DNA of 62,427 nt, the filler included. It is 8 parts of 8 records of this genome, joined end to end, with 100 filler letters (N's around TTAATTAATTAA, not from the genome) between each part and the next. Parts side by side here need not be neighbours in the genome. Positions count along the whole stretch, not along the records: positions 8,855 to 24,577 come from SRR31156797_46273; 7 more parts are not named here. One strand, written 5' to 3'. The notes under the pieces are model-generated. The model saw only the letters and a list, made by a program, of their open reading frames with translations, was not told where the DNA came from and ran no database searches. Made by a program: the position numbers and the translations under genes. This document shows, one piece after another, positions 9,880-20,021 of this stretch; position 1 is the stretch's first letter, and each line of letters starts with the position of its first letter.

Positions 9880-10695
9880 ATGGTAAACATGGGCAAAATG
9901 CATCTGAAACGGTGGCTTACGGGCATCATCTGTGTCCCGGTCCTGATTTTCCTGATCGGTTTCGGTCCCAGATGGCTCTTTTATAGCCTGCTCTGTGCTG
10001 CCGCGCTGGTCGGTCTTTGGGAATATTTCAGGATCACCGGCCCTGGGCTTTCACCCTTTATCAAATGGATCAACGGCGCCCTTGTCATTGTGCTCTTTGT
10101 TGCCGTTTACATGCGACAGGCCCTGCTTTTACCCGGCATTATAGTGCTTTGGGCGTTTTTTCCCATGGCCCTGGAAATGTTTACTTTTTCTGCTGCAAAG
10201 GAAAAGGAAACCGCCATGACCGGCATGATCGCACTATCGGGACCGGTGTACACCGCACTCCCCCTGGCCCTGCTCATGTTTATCGACATGCGCCCGCAGG
10301 GGCACCTCTGGATCTTTTTTCTGCTCACCGTGGTTTTTGCCTGTGATACCGGCGCATTCTATTTTGGCAGATCCTTCGGCAAGCACAAGCTCCATAAACG
10401 CGTGAGTCCCGGAAAAACCTGGGAAGGTGCCGTTGGAGGGCTTTTCAGCAGTTTGCTGGCAGCCATGTTATTCCTTAAATTCATAGATCTCCATCCGTTC
10501 AACATGTCTCTGATCCTGATGGTCATCACACTCGCCATGGCCAGTCAGATCGGGGACCTGGCTGAATCCGTATTAAAGCGAAATCAGGGTGTCAAAGATT
10601 CGGGGAACATTCTTCCGGGTCATGGTGGTATACTGGACCGCATTGACGGGCTTCTATTTGCCATACCGGTCCTTTTTTTCTATCTCTGCATATGA
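9880..10695 (+). CDS. cdsA: Phosphatidate cytidylyltransferase
   Basis: DTGAFYFGR, SPGKTWEG, KDSGNILPGHGGILDRID. Confidence 0.96.
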   Translation: MVNMGKMHLKRWLTGIICVPVLIFLIGFGPRWLFYSLLCAAALVGLWEYFRITGPGLSPFIKWINGALVIVLFVAVYMRQALLLPGIIVLWAFFPMALEMFTFSAAKEKETAMTGMIALSGPVYTALPLALLMFIDMRPQGHLWIFFLLTVVFACDTGAFYFGRSFGKHKLHKRVSPGKTWEGAVGGLFSSLLAAMLFLKFIDLHPFNMSLILMVITLAMASQIGDLAESVLKRNQGVKDSGNILPGHGGILDRIDGLLFAIPVLFFYLCI

Positions 10696-11921
10696 CCTTT
10701 CAAGGTTCAAAGAACATAAATGGTAAAGACGCATCCATGAAAACCACGACTACGGAACATAAAGTTAAAAGCTTAAGCGTATTGGGTTCCACCGGGTCAA
10801 TCGGTGTAAATGCACTGAAAGTGGTCCGGGCCCACCCGGAAAGATATCGCGTAATCGCTCTTTCAGCCGGAAAAAACATCGGACTTCTGCAAAACCAGAT
10901 AGAGATGTTCAAACCGAAAGCCGTTGCCGTTTTGGATGAATCCCTCGCCATGGTTCTCAAGAAAGCACTGACCGGCGGCAATCTCCCTGAAATCTTTTTC
11001 GGTCCTGAAGGATTCAAGCATCTGGCAACCATGCCTGATGTGGATACCATTATTTCCGCCATAACCGGCGCCGCGGGCCTCATGCCGACCTACGAGGGGA
11101 TCAGGGCCGGGAAAGAAGTTGCCCTGGCCAACAAGGAAACCATGGTCATGGCAGGCCCCCTGGTCTTGCGCGAAGCGGAAAAACAGGGGGTTTCCATTTT
11201 GCCCATTGACAGTGAACACAGCGCCATCTTCCAATCCCTGCAGGGCCATCAAAAAGAAGACGTAAAACGCATTATTCTCACGGCATCGGGCGGCCCCTTC
11301 AGGAACCTGTCCCTTAAGAAAATGGCTCATGTCACCGCCACCCAGGCCCTGAGACACCCCAATTGGGAAATGGGGCCGAAAATCACCATCGATTCGGCCA
11401 CCATGATGAATAAGGGACTTGAGGTCATCGAAGCAAAATGGTTATTCAATCTGCCCATAGAACAGATCGACGTTCTCATACACCCCCAGAGCATCGTCCA
11501 CTCCATGGTGGAATACAGAGACGGTTCCGTTATCAGCCAGATGGGCATCCCGGACATGATGATTCCCATTGCCTATGCCCTTAGCTATCCCAGGCACATC
11601 AAAACCGGGCTCCCTCCCCTGGAGCTTGCAAAAGTGGGGCCCCTTAATTTCGAAAAGCCGGATCTTGCCCGTTTCAAATGCCTGGGCCTGGCCTTGAGGG
11701 CGGCATCGACCGGCGGGAGTATGCCCGCGGTGTTGAACGGCGCCAATGAGATTGCAGTGGATGCATTTTTGAAGGGAAAAATCGGTTTTTTAGATATTCC
11801 GAAACTGATCGAACAAGCAATGGAAGCCCACAAAACCCATCCCATTGACCGGATCGATTCGGTCATGGATGCCGACAGGTGGGCACGTGAAAAATCACTG
11901 GCCAATCTCACGGCGTACTAA
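10692..11921 (+). CDS. dxr: 1-deoxy-D-xylulose-5-phosphate reductoisomerase (true start may be ATG at 10737)
   Basis: LGSTGSIG, LANKET, PIDSEHSA, TASGGPF, HPNWEMGPKITIDSATMMNKGLE. Confidence 0.97.
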   Translation: MTFQGSKNINGKDASMKTTTTEHKVKSLSVLGSTGSIGVNALKVVRAHPERYRVIALSAGKNIGLLQNQIEMFKPKAVAVLDESLAMVLKKALTGGNLPEIFFGPEGFKHLATMPDVDTIISAITGAAGLMPTYEGIRAGKEVALANKETMVMAGPLVLREAEKQGVSILPIDSEHSAIFQSLQGHQKEDVKRIILTASGGPFRNLSLKKMAHVTATQALRHPNWEMGPKITIDSATMMNKGLEVIEAKWLFNLPIEQIDVLIHPQSIVHSMVEYRDGSVISQMGIPDMMIPIAYALSYPRHIKTGLPPLELAKVGPLNFEKPDLARFKCLGLALRAASTGGSMPAVLNGANEIAVDAFLKGKIGFLDIPKLIEQAMEAHKTHPIDRIDSVMDADRWAREKSLANLTAY

Positions 11922-11935
11922 TATCAGGTAAATCC

Positions 11936-13018
11936 ATGCACTATTTTATCTACTATGTTCTTCCCTTCCTGGTTGTTCTGGGAGTTCTGATCTTTTTTCA
12001 TGAACTGGGTCATTTCCTTGTTGCCAAGCATTTCGGCATCAAAGTCCTGAAGTTTTCCCTGGGTTTCGGCCCGAAGGTGCTGGGGAAAAAAATTGGGGAA
12101 ACCGAATATCTCATTTCCGCCATCCCCCTGGGCGGTTATGTGAAAATGCTCGGCGAAAGCGATGACGATGAAGATGATCCCATCCTCCCCGAAGATGAAT
12201 CAAAGTCCTTCAGCCATAAGCCGGTGTTGCAAAGGATCGCCGTTGTGGGCGCAGGCCCCGTATTCAACCTTCTCCTGGCTCTCTTCATTTTCTGTGCTTC
12301 TTTTTGGTTCACCGGCATGCAGGTCCTGACCACTGAAATTGGAGAAGTGCACGAGGGATCTCCCGCCGAAAAAGCGGGGCTCCAAAAGGGAGATCTGATT
12401 ATTTCAATTGACGACATGGATACGGATACCTGGCCCCAACTTAAGGAACTGGTTCAGGACAACCAGGGGGAACCGATCAAGGTAACCCTCTTAAGAAAAG
12501 GACAAGTATCAACGGTGACCATCATTCCCGAAATAAACGTGATCAAGAATATTTTTGGAGAAGAAATCAAAACACCCCTTTTGGGGGTTGTCTCGGCAGG
12601 ATCTTTCCAAGAAATTAAACTGGGGTTTCTGGGGGCCCTGAAGGAAGGATGCGTGAAAACCTGGGACATCATAAAACTGACCTGCCTGACGGTGATCAAG
12701 CTTTTCCAGGGGATCGTTTCCATCAAAACCCTTGGCGGCCCTATTTTGATCGGGCAGATGACCGGCCAACTGGCTGAGCAAAGCTGGGCTTATCTCATCC
12801 CTTTTACGGCCGTTATCAGCATAAACTTAGGCATTTTAAACCTTTTGCCCATACCGATCCTGGACGGTGGCTTTATTATTTTCCTTCTCATTGAACTGAT
12901 CATGGGCCGCCCCCTGAATATTAGAAAGCGGGAATTTGCCCAGAAACTGGGCATGGGGCTTCTCGTATTGCTCATGATGGTTGTCATCTACAACGATATC
13001 ACGAGAATTCTGCAATAA
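11936..13018 (+). CDS. rseP: RIP metalloprotease RseP with PDZ domain
   Basis: HELGH zinc motif, PDZ GSPAEKAGL, NLLPIPILDGG; conserved position after dxr. Confidence 0.95.
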   Translation: MHYFIYYVLPFLVVLGVLIFFHELGHFLVAKHFGIKVLKFSLGFGPKVLGKKIGETEYLISAIPLGGYVKMLGESDDDEDDPILPEDESKSFSHKPVLQRIAVVGAGPVFNLLLALFIFCASFWFTGMQVLTTEIGEVHEGSPAEKAGLQKGDLIISIDDMDTDTWPQLKELVQDNQGEPIKVTLLRKGQVSTVTIIPEINVIKNIFGEEIKTPLLGVVSAGSFQEIKLGFLGALKEGCVKTWDIIKLTCLTVIKLFQGIVSIKTLGGPILIGQMTGQLAEQSWAYLIPFTAVISINLGILNLLPIPILDGGFIIFLLIELIMGRPLNIRKREFAQKLGMGLLVLLMMVVIYNDITRILQ

Positions 13019-13034
13019 AGGATTTCCATTAACC

Positions 13035-13733
13035 ATGATCCTTGCACTAAATACCTCTACCCGGCAATGCAGTATGGCGCTGTTGCGTAAAGACCGCACG
13101 GTTATTGCGGAACAGCTGATGTTCGAAGGAAAAGGGCATTTCAGCGGTCTGATGCCGGCCGTTGACAGGCTGCTCACCGGCGCCGAGGTTGAACGCAAAG
13201 ACATCAAATGCGTGGCCGTGGCCACGGGACCCGGCAGCTTCACCGGCCTTCGGGTTGGCCTCTCTCTGGGAAAAGGTTTCTGCCAGGCCCTTCATATCCC
13301 CATCATCGGCATATCCAGTTTGAAGGCATTGGCCTTCCAACTGCCATTCACGGCAAACCCCATCGCGCCGATTCTCTCCTCAAGAAAGGGGGAAGTCTTC
13401 ACAGCCCTTTTTCTATGGGACCGGGAAAATTGTCTTCAGCGGAAGGGAAAAGACAATTGCTTTAGAATCAATGAATTCCCATCCCTGTTTACTGAAACGA
13501 CTGTTTTCGTGGGAAACGACTATTTAAACCAGGGTCCCCTGCTGAAAAAACTTCTGGGGACCCATGCCAGGATCGCCCCCCCCCATTGCTGGCAACTCAA
13601 AGCCTCTTCCGTAGGCGCTCTGGCGTTAACCCGTTTTGATTCCGGTAATATTGACGATCCGGGGAACCTGATCCCCAGATATTTCAGGTCCCCGGATATA
13701 CGATCCAACCCGGGGTTTCCCATCCACAAATAA
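13035..13733 (+). CDS. tsaB: tRNA t6A biosynthesis protein TsaB
   Basis: MILALNTST start (ATG 13035), GPGSFTGLRVG, C-terminal PRYFR. Confidence 0.92.
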   Translation: MILALNTSTRQCSMALLRKDRTVIAEQLMFEGKGHFSGLMPAVDRLLTGAEVERKDIKCVAVATGPGSFTGLRVGLSLGKGFCQALHIPIIGISSLKALAFQLPFTANPIAPILSSRKGEVFTALFLWDRENCLQRKGKDNCFRINEFPSLFTETTVFVGNDYLNQGPLLKKLLGTHARIAPPHCWQLKASSVGALALTRFDSGNIDDPGNLIPRYFRSPDIRSNPGFPIHK

Positions 13734-13774
13734 TCCATTTTTCCAACCAATTTAACCTTCGCTCATAACCCTGG

Positions 13775-13803
13775 TTGACAACCCCACTCAAAATAAATAT
13801 AAC
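13775..13803 (+). promoter_or_regulatory. Sigma-70 promoter of psd-rsmD-coaD
   Basis: TTGACA-17 nt-TATAAC. Confidence 0.55.
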
Positions 13804-13846
13804 AGCAACAACTTTACGCTTTTAATCCCCATAGGGTAATACATCC

Positions 13847-14509
13847 ATGAACAGGGATACACGCATCAACAATCGGTTGCCTTTAGCCAGAGAGGGCTTC
13901 CCGTTTATCGGCATCGGAATCGGAATGATCGTCCTTTTTGCATGCCTCGGGTGGACGACCCTCACCATAATGACCGGCCTCGTTACGCTTTTCGTTATCT
14001 ACTTTTTCAGGGATCCCGAACGACACCACTCCGCACGGGAAAATGCCGTTTTGACCCCTGCGGACGGGCGTATCCTGGAGGTCAGGAAGGTGGAACCAAA
14101 CCATAACCCTTTGGGCCGATCTTCCATCAAAGTGTCCATTTTCATGAACGTATTCAATGTTCATGTGAACCGAATCCCGATCCAGGGAACCATTAAAAAA
14201 ATTTCCTATCACCCGGGAAAATTTCTTTCAGCGGACCTGGACAAAGCATCCGAGCAGAACGAAAACAACCGGGTCACCCTGGAAACGGATAATTCAAAGG
14301 AAATCCTGATTATCCAGATCGCCGGTTTGGTGGCAAGGCGTATCGCCTGCTGGATTAAGAGGGGGGACAGGGTTGACACCGGCCAAAGGTTCGGCCTTAT
14401 CCGCTTTGGTTCCAGGCTTGAAGTTTTCCTTCCTCCGGACAGCGAAATTGTGGTCCGGGTTGGACAAAAGGTCAAAGCCGGGGAGACGGTTATCGGGTAT
14501 CTGGCATGA
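13847..14509 (+). CDS. psd: Phosphatidylserine decarboxylase proenzyme (short type)
   Basis: FFRDPER, PADG, SIFMNVFNVHVNR, QIAGLVARRI, RFGSR autocleavage site. Confidence 0.93.
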   Translation: MNRDTRINNRLPLAREGFPFIGIGIGMIVLFACLGWTTLTIMTGLVTLFVIYFFRDPERHHSARENAVLTPADGRILEVRKVEPNHNPLGRSSIKVSIFMNVFNVHVNRIPIQGTIKKISYHPGKFLSADLDKASEQNENNRVTLETDNSKEILIIQIAGLVARRIACWIKRGDRVDTGQRFGLIRFGSRLEVFLPPDSEIVVRVGQKVKAGETVIGYLA

Positions 14510-14510
14510 T

Positions 14511-15071
14511 ATGAAAATCACCGGTGGCCAAATAAAAGGGAGGAGACTTGCAGCGCCCAAAAATCTTGAAATCCGCCCCAGCAGCAATAAGGTGAGGGAA
14601 GCAATCTTCAATATCATCGGACAGGATCTTTCCGGTTCACGGGTATTGGACCTTTTCTCCGGTACAGGGCTTCTCGGTATGGAGGCATTGAGCCGAGGCG
14701 CAACCCTCGCGGTCTTTGTGGATCATGCGACACAATCCCTTGCCCTCATCAAAAAAAACCTTGCACTGTGCGGATACGAACAATCAGGACGTATATGTAA
14801 ATGGAATTTGGCCAAAGGGCTTCCAAAGAACCACCCTTTCCTTGATACAACTTTTGATTTGGTGTTTCTCGATCCACCCTATAAAAACGGTCCGGCAGCG
14901 GGGTTAATGGAAGAATTATCCGTTTCGGAACGGCTGGAGCCGGGGGCACTCATCATTTTGGAATCCGCCAAAACCTTAGAGACAAAACGCGCCTTGTCTC
15001 TACCTTTAATTGAAACCCGGATTTATGGAGATACCAAACTCAGTTTTTTTAAAAAAGGGGACTATTCATGA
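14511..15071 (+). CDS. rsmD: 16S rRNA m2G966 methyltransferase
   Basis: MKITGGQIKGRRL, RPSSNKVREAIFN, LDLFSGTG, FLDPPY; lies upstream of coaD. Confidence 0.93.
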   Translation: MKITGGQIKGRRLAAPKNLEIRPSSNKVREAIFNIIGQDLSGSRVLDLFSGTGLLGMEALSRGATLAVFVDHATQSLALIKKNLALCGYEQSGRICKWNLAKGLPKNHPFLDTTFDLVFLDPPYKNGPAAGLMEELSVSERLEPGALIILESAKTLETKRALSLPLIETRIYGDTKLSFFKKGDYS

Positions 15072-15565
15072 AAAAAAGTGTGGCCGTTTACCCCGGCTTC
15101 TTTGATCCCATAACCAATGGACACCTCAGTATTGTTTCAAGGGCACTTGAAATATTCGATAAATTGATTATCGCCATTTTGAACAACCCCAAAAAGGTCC
15201 CTCTGTTTTCCGTTGAAGAGCGGATCGAAATGATTGAAAAAGCGGTCCATAAGAATTCAAGGATAGAAGTGGACACCTTTGATGGTCTTCTGGTGGACTA
15301 CGCCGTTCACAAGAATGCAAATGTGGTGCTACGGGGGTTGCGGGCACTTTCGGATTTCGAATACGAATTCCAGATGGCCCTCATGAACCGAAAGCTCAAT
15401 CGCGATGTCCAATCCATTTTTCTGATGACAGATTATAAATGGTTTTATATAAGTTCAACAATCATCAAGGAGGCCGCAAGTTTCGGCGGAGATGTGAGCG
15501 GCCTGGTTCCTGATATCGTCAACCGAAACCTGAAAGAAAAATTCAAAAAGACAAATAATGCTTGA
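15068..15565 (+). CDS. coaD: Pantetheine-phosphate adenylyltransferase
   Basis: YPGxFDPITNGH, RGLRALSDFEYE, ISSTIIKE. Confidence 0.96.
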   Translation: MKKSVAVYPGFFDPITNGHLSIVSRALEIFDKLIIAILNNPKKVPLFSVEERIEMIEKAVHKNSRIEVDTFDGLLVDYAVHKNANVVLRGLRALSDFEYEFQMALMNRKLNRDVQSIFLMTDYKWFYISSTIIKEAASFGGDVSGLVPDIVNRNLKEKFKKTNNA

Positions 15566-15590
15566 CACTCTTTTCGCCATAAGCCATACT
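15562..15590 (+). promoter_or_regulatory. Sigma-70 promoter of the IHF gene
   Basis: TTGACA-17 nt-CATACT, overlapping the coaD stop codon. Confidence 0.55.
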
Positions 15591-15702
15591 CATTGTTCAT
15601 AAAATTAGCTGTTTACGAATATGTTATTTCGTTATGGAAATAGCAAAATCAAACGATAGATTTCTGAAGTCTCTTTTATGAGACCGTGTAGGAGGTTCAA
15701 CG

Positions 15703-15987
15703 GTGGCCCTCACCAAAGAAAAAATTATTGATAATATTTATCATCAGGTCGGACTCAGCAAAAGCCAATCCCGAATTGCGGCGGAAGGACTCCTTGAAAT
15801 CATCAAGGAAACCCTGGAAAATGGAGAGGATCTTTTAATCAGCGGTTTTGGAAAGTTTCTGGTGAAAGAAAAAGCATCCAGGCGCGGCAGAAATCCGCAG
15901 ACAACGGAAGACCTTCAACTGAGGGCGAGAAGGGTCGTCGTATTCAAAACGTCAGGCGTACTCAGGGATAAGATCAACGTAAATTAG
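15703..15987 (+). CDS. ihfA: Integration host factor alpha-like protein (GTG start)
   Basis: ALTK, ISGFGKF, RRGRNPQT, RRVVVFKTSGVLR; AGGAGG RBS. Confidence 0.88.
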   Translation: MALTKEKIIDNIYHQVGLSKSQSRIAAEGLLEIIKETLENGEDLLISGFGKFLVKEKASRRGRNPQTTEDLQLRARRVVVFKTSGVLRDKINVN

Positions 15988-16028
15988 GGATTAACAAAGG
16001 ACTCGCCTGACGTTGGAACACCCCAAAT

Positions 16029-16060
16029 AGACGGGAGGATGTTTTTCGGTCCCGTCTTTT
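16029..16060 (+). terminator. Putative intrinsic terminator between the convergent IHF and merR-like genes
   Basis: AGACGGGA-13 nt-TCCCGTCT followed by TTT. Confidence 0.5.
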
Positions 16061-16139
16061 CAAACCTGCTGTGACAATCAACCGTAACGCTTCACGCCAG
16101 ATACCATCAACCCGTCCCGTCCGGAGTCAGAGGACTGCA

Positions 16140-16466
16140 CTAGCCCAATATCTTCAAAATTTGGCGTAATTCCGTTTTTATTTCTTCAAGGTCAGGATTC
16201 AAAGTGGCTGTTTTTTCAGACCTTTCCCCCTTAAATCGAAGCCTGGCCCCTTCAATGGTCATCTTTTCCTCATAAAGAAGTCGTTTGATCTCAGCCAGTA
16301 TTTCCAGGTCTTGTTTCTGGTAGGTCCTCTGGTTGGAATCGGCCCTTTGCGGTCTGATTTGGGAAAATTCGCTTTCCCAATACCGCAGGACATAGGGTTC
16401 AACCCCCACAATACGACTCGCTTCTCCAATACGGAAATATTTTCTGTTCTCAGGAATCTGGACCAT
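16140..16466 (-). CDS. MerR-family HTH regulator of the pheT-associated type
   Basis: KYFRIGEAS..VGVEPYVLRYWESEF, QRTY, LLYEEKMTIEGAR. Confidence 0.9.
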   Translation of the reverse strand: MVQIPENRKYFRIGEASRIVGVEPYVLRYWESEFSQIRPQRADSNQRTYQKQDLEILAEIKRLLYEEKMTIEGARLRFKGERSEKTATLNPDLEEIKTELRQILKILG

Positions 16467-16473
16467 ATTTTAT

Positions 16474-18888
16474 TTAGCCCTCCCTCAATTTCCCTCCCGT
16501 CTTCTGCCGGATTTTCTCCACAATCGCCTCATACAACCGATTGATCTCTTCACCATCAAGGGTTCCACGAACTGACCGAAAAGAGATCTTAAAGGAAATG
16601 GCTTTTTCCGATGAATCAATCCTTTCGCCCTCGTAAAAATCAAAAACATGGACGGATTCAAGTAGATGACCGCCCTCTTCCTTGATAATATCCGTGATGG
16701 CGCCACACTCGGTCCTACGATCCAACACCAGCGAGAGATCTCTGTGAACAGCCGGAAACCTGCCAAAAGGGATAAAAGTCTTTTTTTCAGGGAGCGCCGC
16801 CAACAGGGCCGCCACATCAAGCTCGAAAAGGCAGACAGGGTTCATTTTCAGCGCATAGGCATCCATCACCTCAGGAGCAGCAAAACCGACCTGGCCCAGG
16901 CGTGTATTATCGGCACAATAAATGGCAGATGAAATTTCCTTATGGTATCCTGGAAGATTATCCTCCCGTTTGAACCGGAAACCCTCAAGCCCCAACGCAT
17001 TCAACAGCGCCGCCAATATCCCTTTGATGTCATAAAAATCAACGGCCCTTTCTTCATCATACCAGGACTTTTCAGCATGCATACCGACCATAACACCGGC
17101 CAGACAAATTTTCTCAAGGGGTTGCGGTTTGTTTTCCCTGTCAAAGAAAACCTTTCCCCACTCAAAAAGCTTAAGGTCCCCCATTTCATGAAGCACATTG
17201 TACCTGGCCGTCTCCATGAGCCCTGGAATCAAGGATGTTCGCAACACAGACTGATCCACGGTAAGCGGGTTCATGATCCTGGTAAAAGCCTTCAAAACCC
17301 CGGGCGTCTCCCCCACAAAGGCATTAACGGAATCGGGAGAAACAAAGCTGTAGGTGATGATTTCAGAAAAACCGAAAGCCGTCATCATTGTCCTGGCCTT
17401 ATCCCGAAGTAAAAGGTCAGGGGATTCCGATCCCTCGGAAGGGGTTATCCTGGGTGAAATTACCGGAATATTGTCGAACCCATGGAGTCTGGCCACCTCC
17501 TCCACCAGGTCCACTTCCCGCTTGATATCCACCCTGAATGTGGGTGGAATAACGTGCAGAAGGTCTTGATCTTCCAGAACCCTCATTTCAAGAGCATCAA
17601 AGTAACCCCTCATGGCCTCTTTTGAAATGGCGGTCCCCAGTATTGCATTGGCTTTTTCCGGTCGAAAGGAAATACGGGGTGCCGTGAAAGGCCTGGCGTA
17701 TTTGTCCATTATACCTTTGGCCGTTACACCGCCCGCCATCAGGTTTATGAAATAAAGTGCCCGATTGAGGGCGGAGATCACCCCCCCCACATCGGCGCCT
17801 CTTTCAAACCGATAGGAAGCTTCCGTGGAAAGCCCCAGCTGTTTTGACCCTCGGCGAATGGTGATGGGATCAAAAAAAGCGCTTTCCACCAGGATATTTT
17901 GCGTTTGGTCATGAATCTCAGAGTTCAAACCACCCATAATACCGGCCAGGGCCACAGGCTTATGGCCGTCGCAAATGAGCAATGTTTCCGGATTCAAGTC
18001 TCGCTCCACGCCATCCAAGGTTGTGAAGGTTTCTCCTTTTTCCGCTCTGCGAACCTCAATTCGATGCTCACTCAATCTGTCATAATCGAACGCATGAAGC
18101 GGTTGCCCCATTTCAAGCATCACATAATTGCTCACATCCACTAAATTGCTGATGCTTCGAACGCCGGACTGAAAAAGCCTGTAGCGCATCCAGAACGGTG
18201 TCGGCTTAAGGGAAACATCCTGAACGATCGCCGCGGCATAACGGGGACACCCTTCCGGATCCTGGACGGAAATATCCGTAAGTCCGTCAATGGGAGGTCC
18301 TTTTTCATCCACCCCGTGTTCAAAAGTTTTCAACGGTTTTCCCGTGTTGGCGGAAATTTCCCGTGCGATACCCAGAACACTGGCGCAGTCCGGCCTGTTG
18401 GGGGTAATGCTCACATCAAAAATCCAATCGGGAAAGGATAACAGCGAGGACAGAGGCGTTCCGGGGACTGCATTCTCAGGTAAAACCATAATCCCGGCAT
18501 GATCATCCGTCAGCCCCATCTCGTCCTCTGCCAACAGCATACCCTTTGAAACCTCCCCCCGAATACGGCTTTCCTTCATTTTCGTACCGTCCGGAAGTTT
18601 CCCGCCGGGGAGTATGAGCGGCGCCAAAACCCCTTCGGCGGCATTGGGCGCGCCACAAACCACCTGAATTATTTCGGTGCCCGTATCGACCCGACAGAGG
18701 GACAGGCGATCTGCGTTGGGGTGAGGGTTCACCGCCAGAATCCTGGCCACCAGGATATCATCCAGGTTCTGCCCCACCACTTCAAGACCTTCCACTTCAA
18801 GACCCGCCATGGTCAAAAGATGGCCGAGGTCCTCGGGAGAAAGTTCAATATCAACGTGTTCTTTCAACCAGTTTAAACTTACCTTCAT
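16474..18888 (-). CDS. pheT: Phenylalanyl-tRNA synthetase beta subunit
   Basis: MKVSLNWLKE, HPNADRL, VCGAPN, ITPNRPDC, SYRFERG, RVDIKREVDLVEEVAR, FDX-ACB domain. Confidence 0.98.
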   Translation of the reverse strand: MKVSLNWLKEHVDIELSPEDLGHLLTMAGLEVEGLEVVGQNLDDILVARILAVNPHPNADRLSLCRVDTGTEIIQVVCGAPNAAEGVLAPLILPGGKLPDGTKMKESRIRGEVSKGMLLAEDEMGLTDDHAGIMVLPENAVPGTPLSSLLSFPDWIFDVSITPNRPDCASVLGIAREISANTGKPLKTFEHGVDEKGPPIDGLTDISVQDPEGCPRYAAAIVQDVSLKPTPFWMRYRLFQSGVRSISNLVDVSNYVMLEMGQPLHAFDYDRLSEHRIEVRRAEKGETFTTLDGVERDLNPETLLICDGHKPVALAGIMGGLNSEIHDQTQNILVESAFFDPITIRRGSKQLGLSTEASYRFERGADVGGVISALNRALYFINLMAGGVTAKGIMDKYARPFTAPRISFRPEKANAILGTAISKEAMRGYFDALEMRVLEDQDLLHVIPPTFRVDIKREVDLVEEVARLHGFDNIPVISPRITPSEGSESPDLLLRDKARTMMTAFGFSEIITYSFVSPDSVNAFVGETPGVLKAFTRIMNPLTVDQSVLRTSLIPGLMETARYNVLHEMGDLKLFEWGKVFFDRENKPQPLEKICLAGVMVGMHAEKSWYDEERAVDFYDIKGILAALLNALGLEGFRFKREDNLPGYHKEISSAIYCADNTRLGQVGFAAPEVMDAYALKMNPVCLFELDVAALLAALPEKKTFIPFGRFPAVHRDLSLVLDRRTECGAITDIIKEEGGHLLESVHVFDFYEGERIDSSEKAISFKISFRSVRGTLDGEEINRLYEAIVEKIRQKTGGKLREG

Positions 18889-18907
18889 GGATTATACTCT
18901 GGAATAA

Positions 18908-18973
18908 AGTTGTCAGTTATCAGCTATCAGTTGTCAGTAATGGCAACAGACTGCACACTGAAAACTGAAAACT
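18908..18973. repeat. Hairpin with heptamer tandem-repeat arms in the pheS-pheT spacer
   Basis: AGTTGTC AGTTATC AGCTATC AGTTGTC followed by complementary-type units ACTGCAC ACTGAAA ACTGAAA ACT. Confidence 0.7.
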
Positions 18974-18990
18974 TGCAGATGTAATCTGCT

Positions 18991-20019
18991 TTAGAATTGA
19001 TTCAAGAACCGCATATCATTCTTGAAGAAGAGTTGGATGTCATCGATCCCGTATTTCAGCATGGCAATTCTCTCTATACCCATGCCAAAAGCAAAACCGC
19101 TGTAAACATCAGGATCATAATCTACAAAACCGTATACTTCAGGATCCACCATACCGGAACCCAGTATTTCCAGCCATCCCGTATGGGAACATGTCCGGCA
19201 TCCTTTCCCCCCACACATAACGCACCTGATATCCACCTCGGCACTGGGCTCGGTAAAAGGAAAAAAGCTGGGCCTGAAACGCAAACGGGTATCGCTACCG
19301 AACATCTGATGAATAAAACGGGTCAGGGTTCCTTTCAATTCACCAAAAGAAACATCCCGGTCCACCAAAAGCCCCTCCACCTGATGGAACATGGGGGTAT
19401 GGGAAACATCCGAATCACGCCGATATACTTTTCCCGGCGCGATAATGCTGACGGGAGGCTTTTGGGTTTCCATGACACGCACTTGAATGGGAGAGGTATG
19501 GGTTCTCAAAACCACATTTTCGGATATATAAAATGTATCCTGCATATCCCTGGCCGGATGTTCTTTGGGCAGGTTCAGCGCCTCAAAATTATAATAGTCC
19601 AACTCCACATTTGGACCTTTTACCACCCGGAAACCCATTCGCGAAAAAATAAGGCACACTTCTTTAATCACCAAAGTGATGGGGTGCAGGTGGCCGAAAA
19701 GAGGCGCTCTCCCCGGCAGGGTCACATCAACGGATGCCACACCAAGACCCTTACCGGCTTCGATGGATGTTTTGACTTCCTGGAAACGACGGGAAAGGTT
19801 TACTTTGATTTGATTTGCAAGTTTCCCCGCTTCGGGACGTTCCTCACGGCTCAGTTTTCCCAAGCTTTTCATCAGGGAAGTCAGCGCACCTTTTTTACCC
19901 AGATACTTGATCCTGAACGGCTCAAGGTCAGACGGATCATTAATGGCGTCAATTTCAGCATTGCCGCGTTTTTCAAGTTCTAGAAGTTGGTCTTTCATGG
20001 TGTTATCCGTTAGATGCAC
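18991..20019 (-). CDS. pheS: Phenylalanyl-tRNA synthetase alpha subunit
   Basis: [52 protein letters not shown]. Confidence 0.98.
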   Translation of the reverse strand: MHLTDNTMKDQLLELEKRGNAEIDAINDPSDLEPFRIKYLGKKGALTSLMKSLGKLSREERPEAGKLANQIKVNLSRRFQEVKTSIEAGKGLGVASVDVTLPGRAPLFGHLHPITLVIKEVCLIFSRMGFRVVKGPNVELDYYNFEALNLPKEHPARDMQDTFYISENVVLRTHTSPIQVRVMETQKPPVSIIAPGKVYRRDSDVSHTPMFHQVEGLLVDRDVSFGELKGTLTRFIHQMFGSDTRLRFRPSFFPFTEPSAEVDIRCVMCGGKGCRTCSHTGWLEILGSGMVDPEVYGFVDYDPDVYSGFAFGMGIERIAMLKYGIDDIQLFFKNDMRFLNQF

Positions 20020-20021
20020 CG

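Noticed and set aside
15988-16139. Possible tRNA near merR (and likewise upstream of thrS)
   Set aside because: No cloverleaf, GTTCRA T-loop or CCA end on either strand.
18997-19983. 328-aa plus-strand ORF
   Set aside because: Antisense shadow of pheS, with no motifs or RBS.
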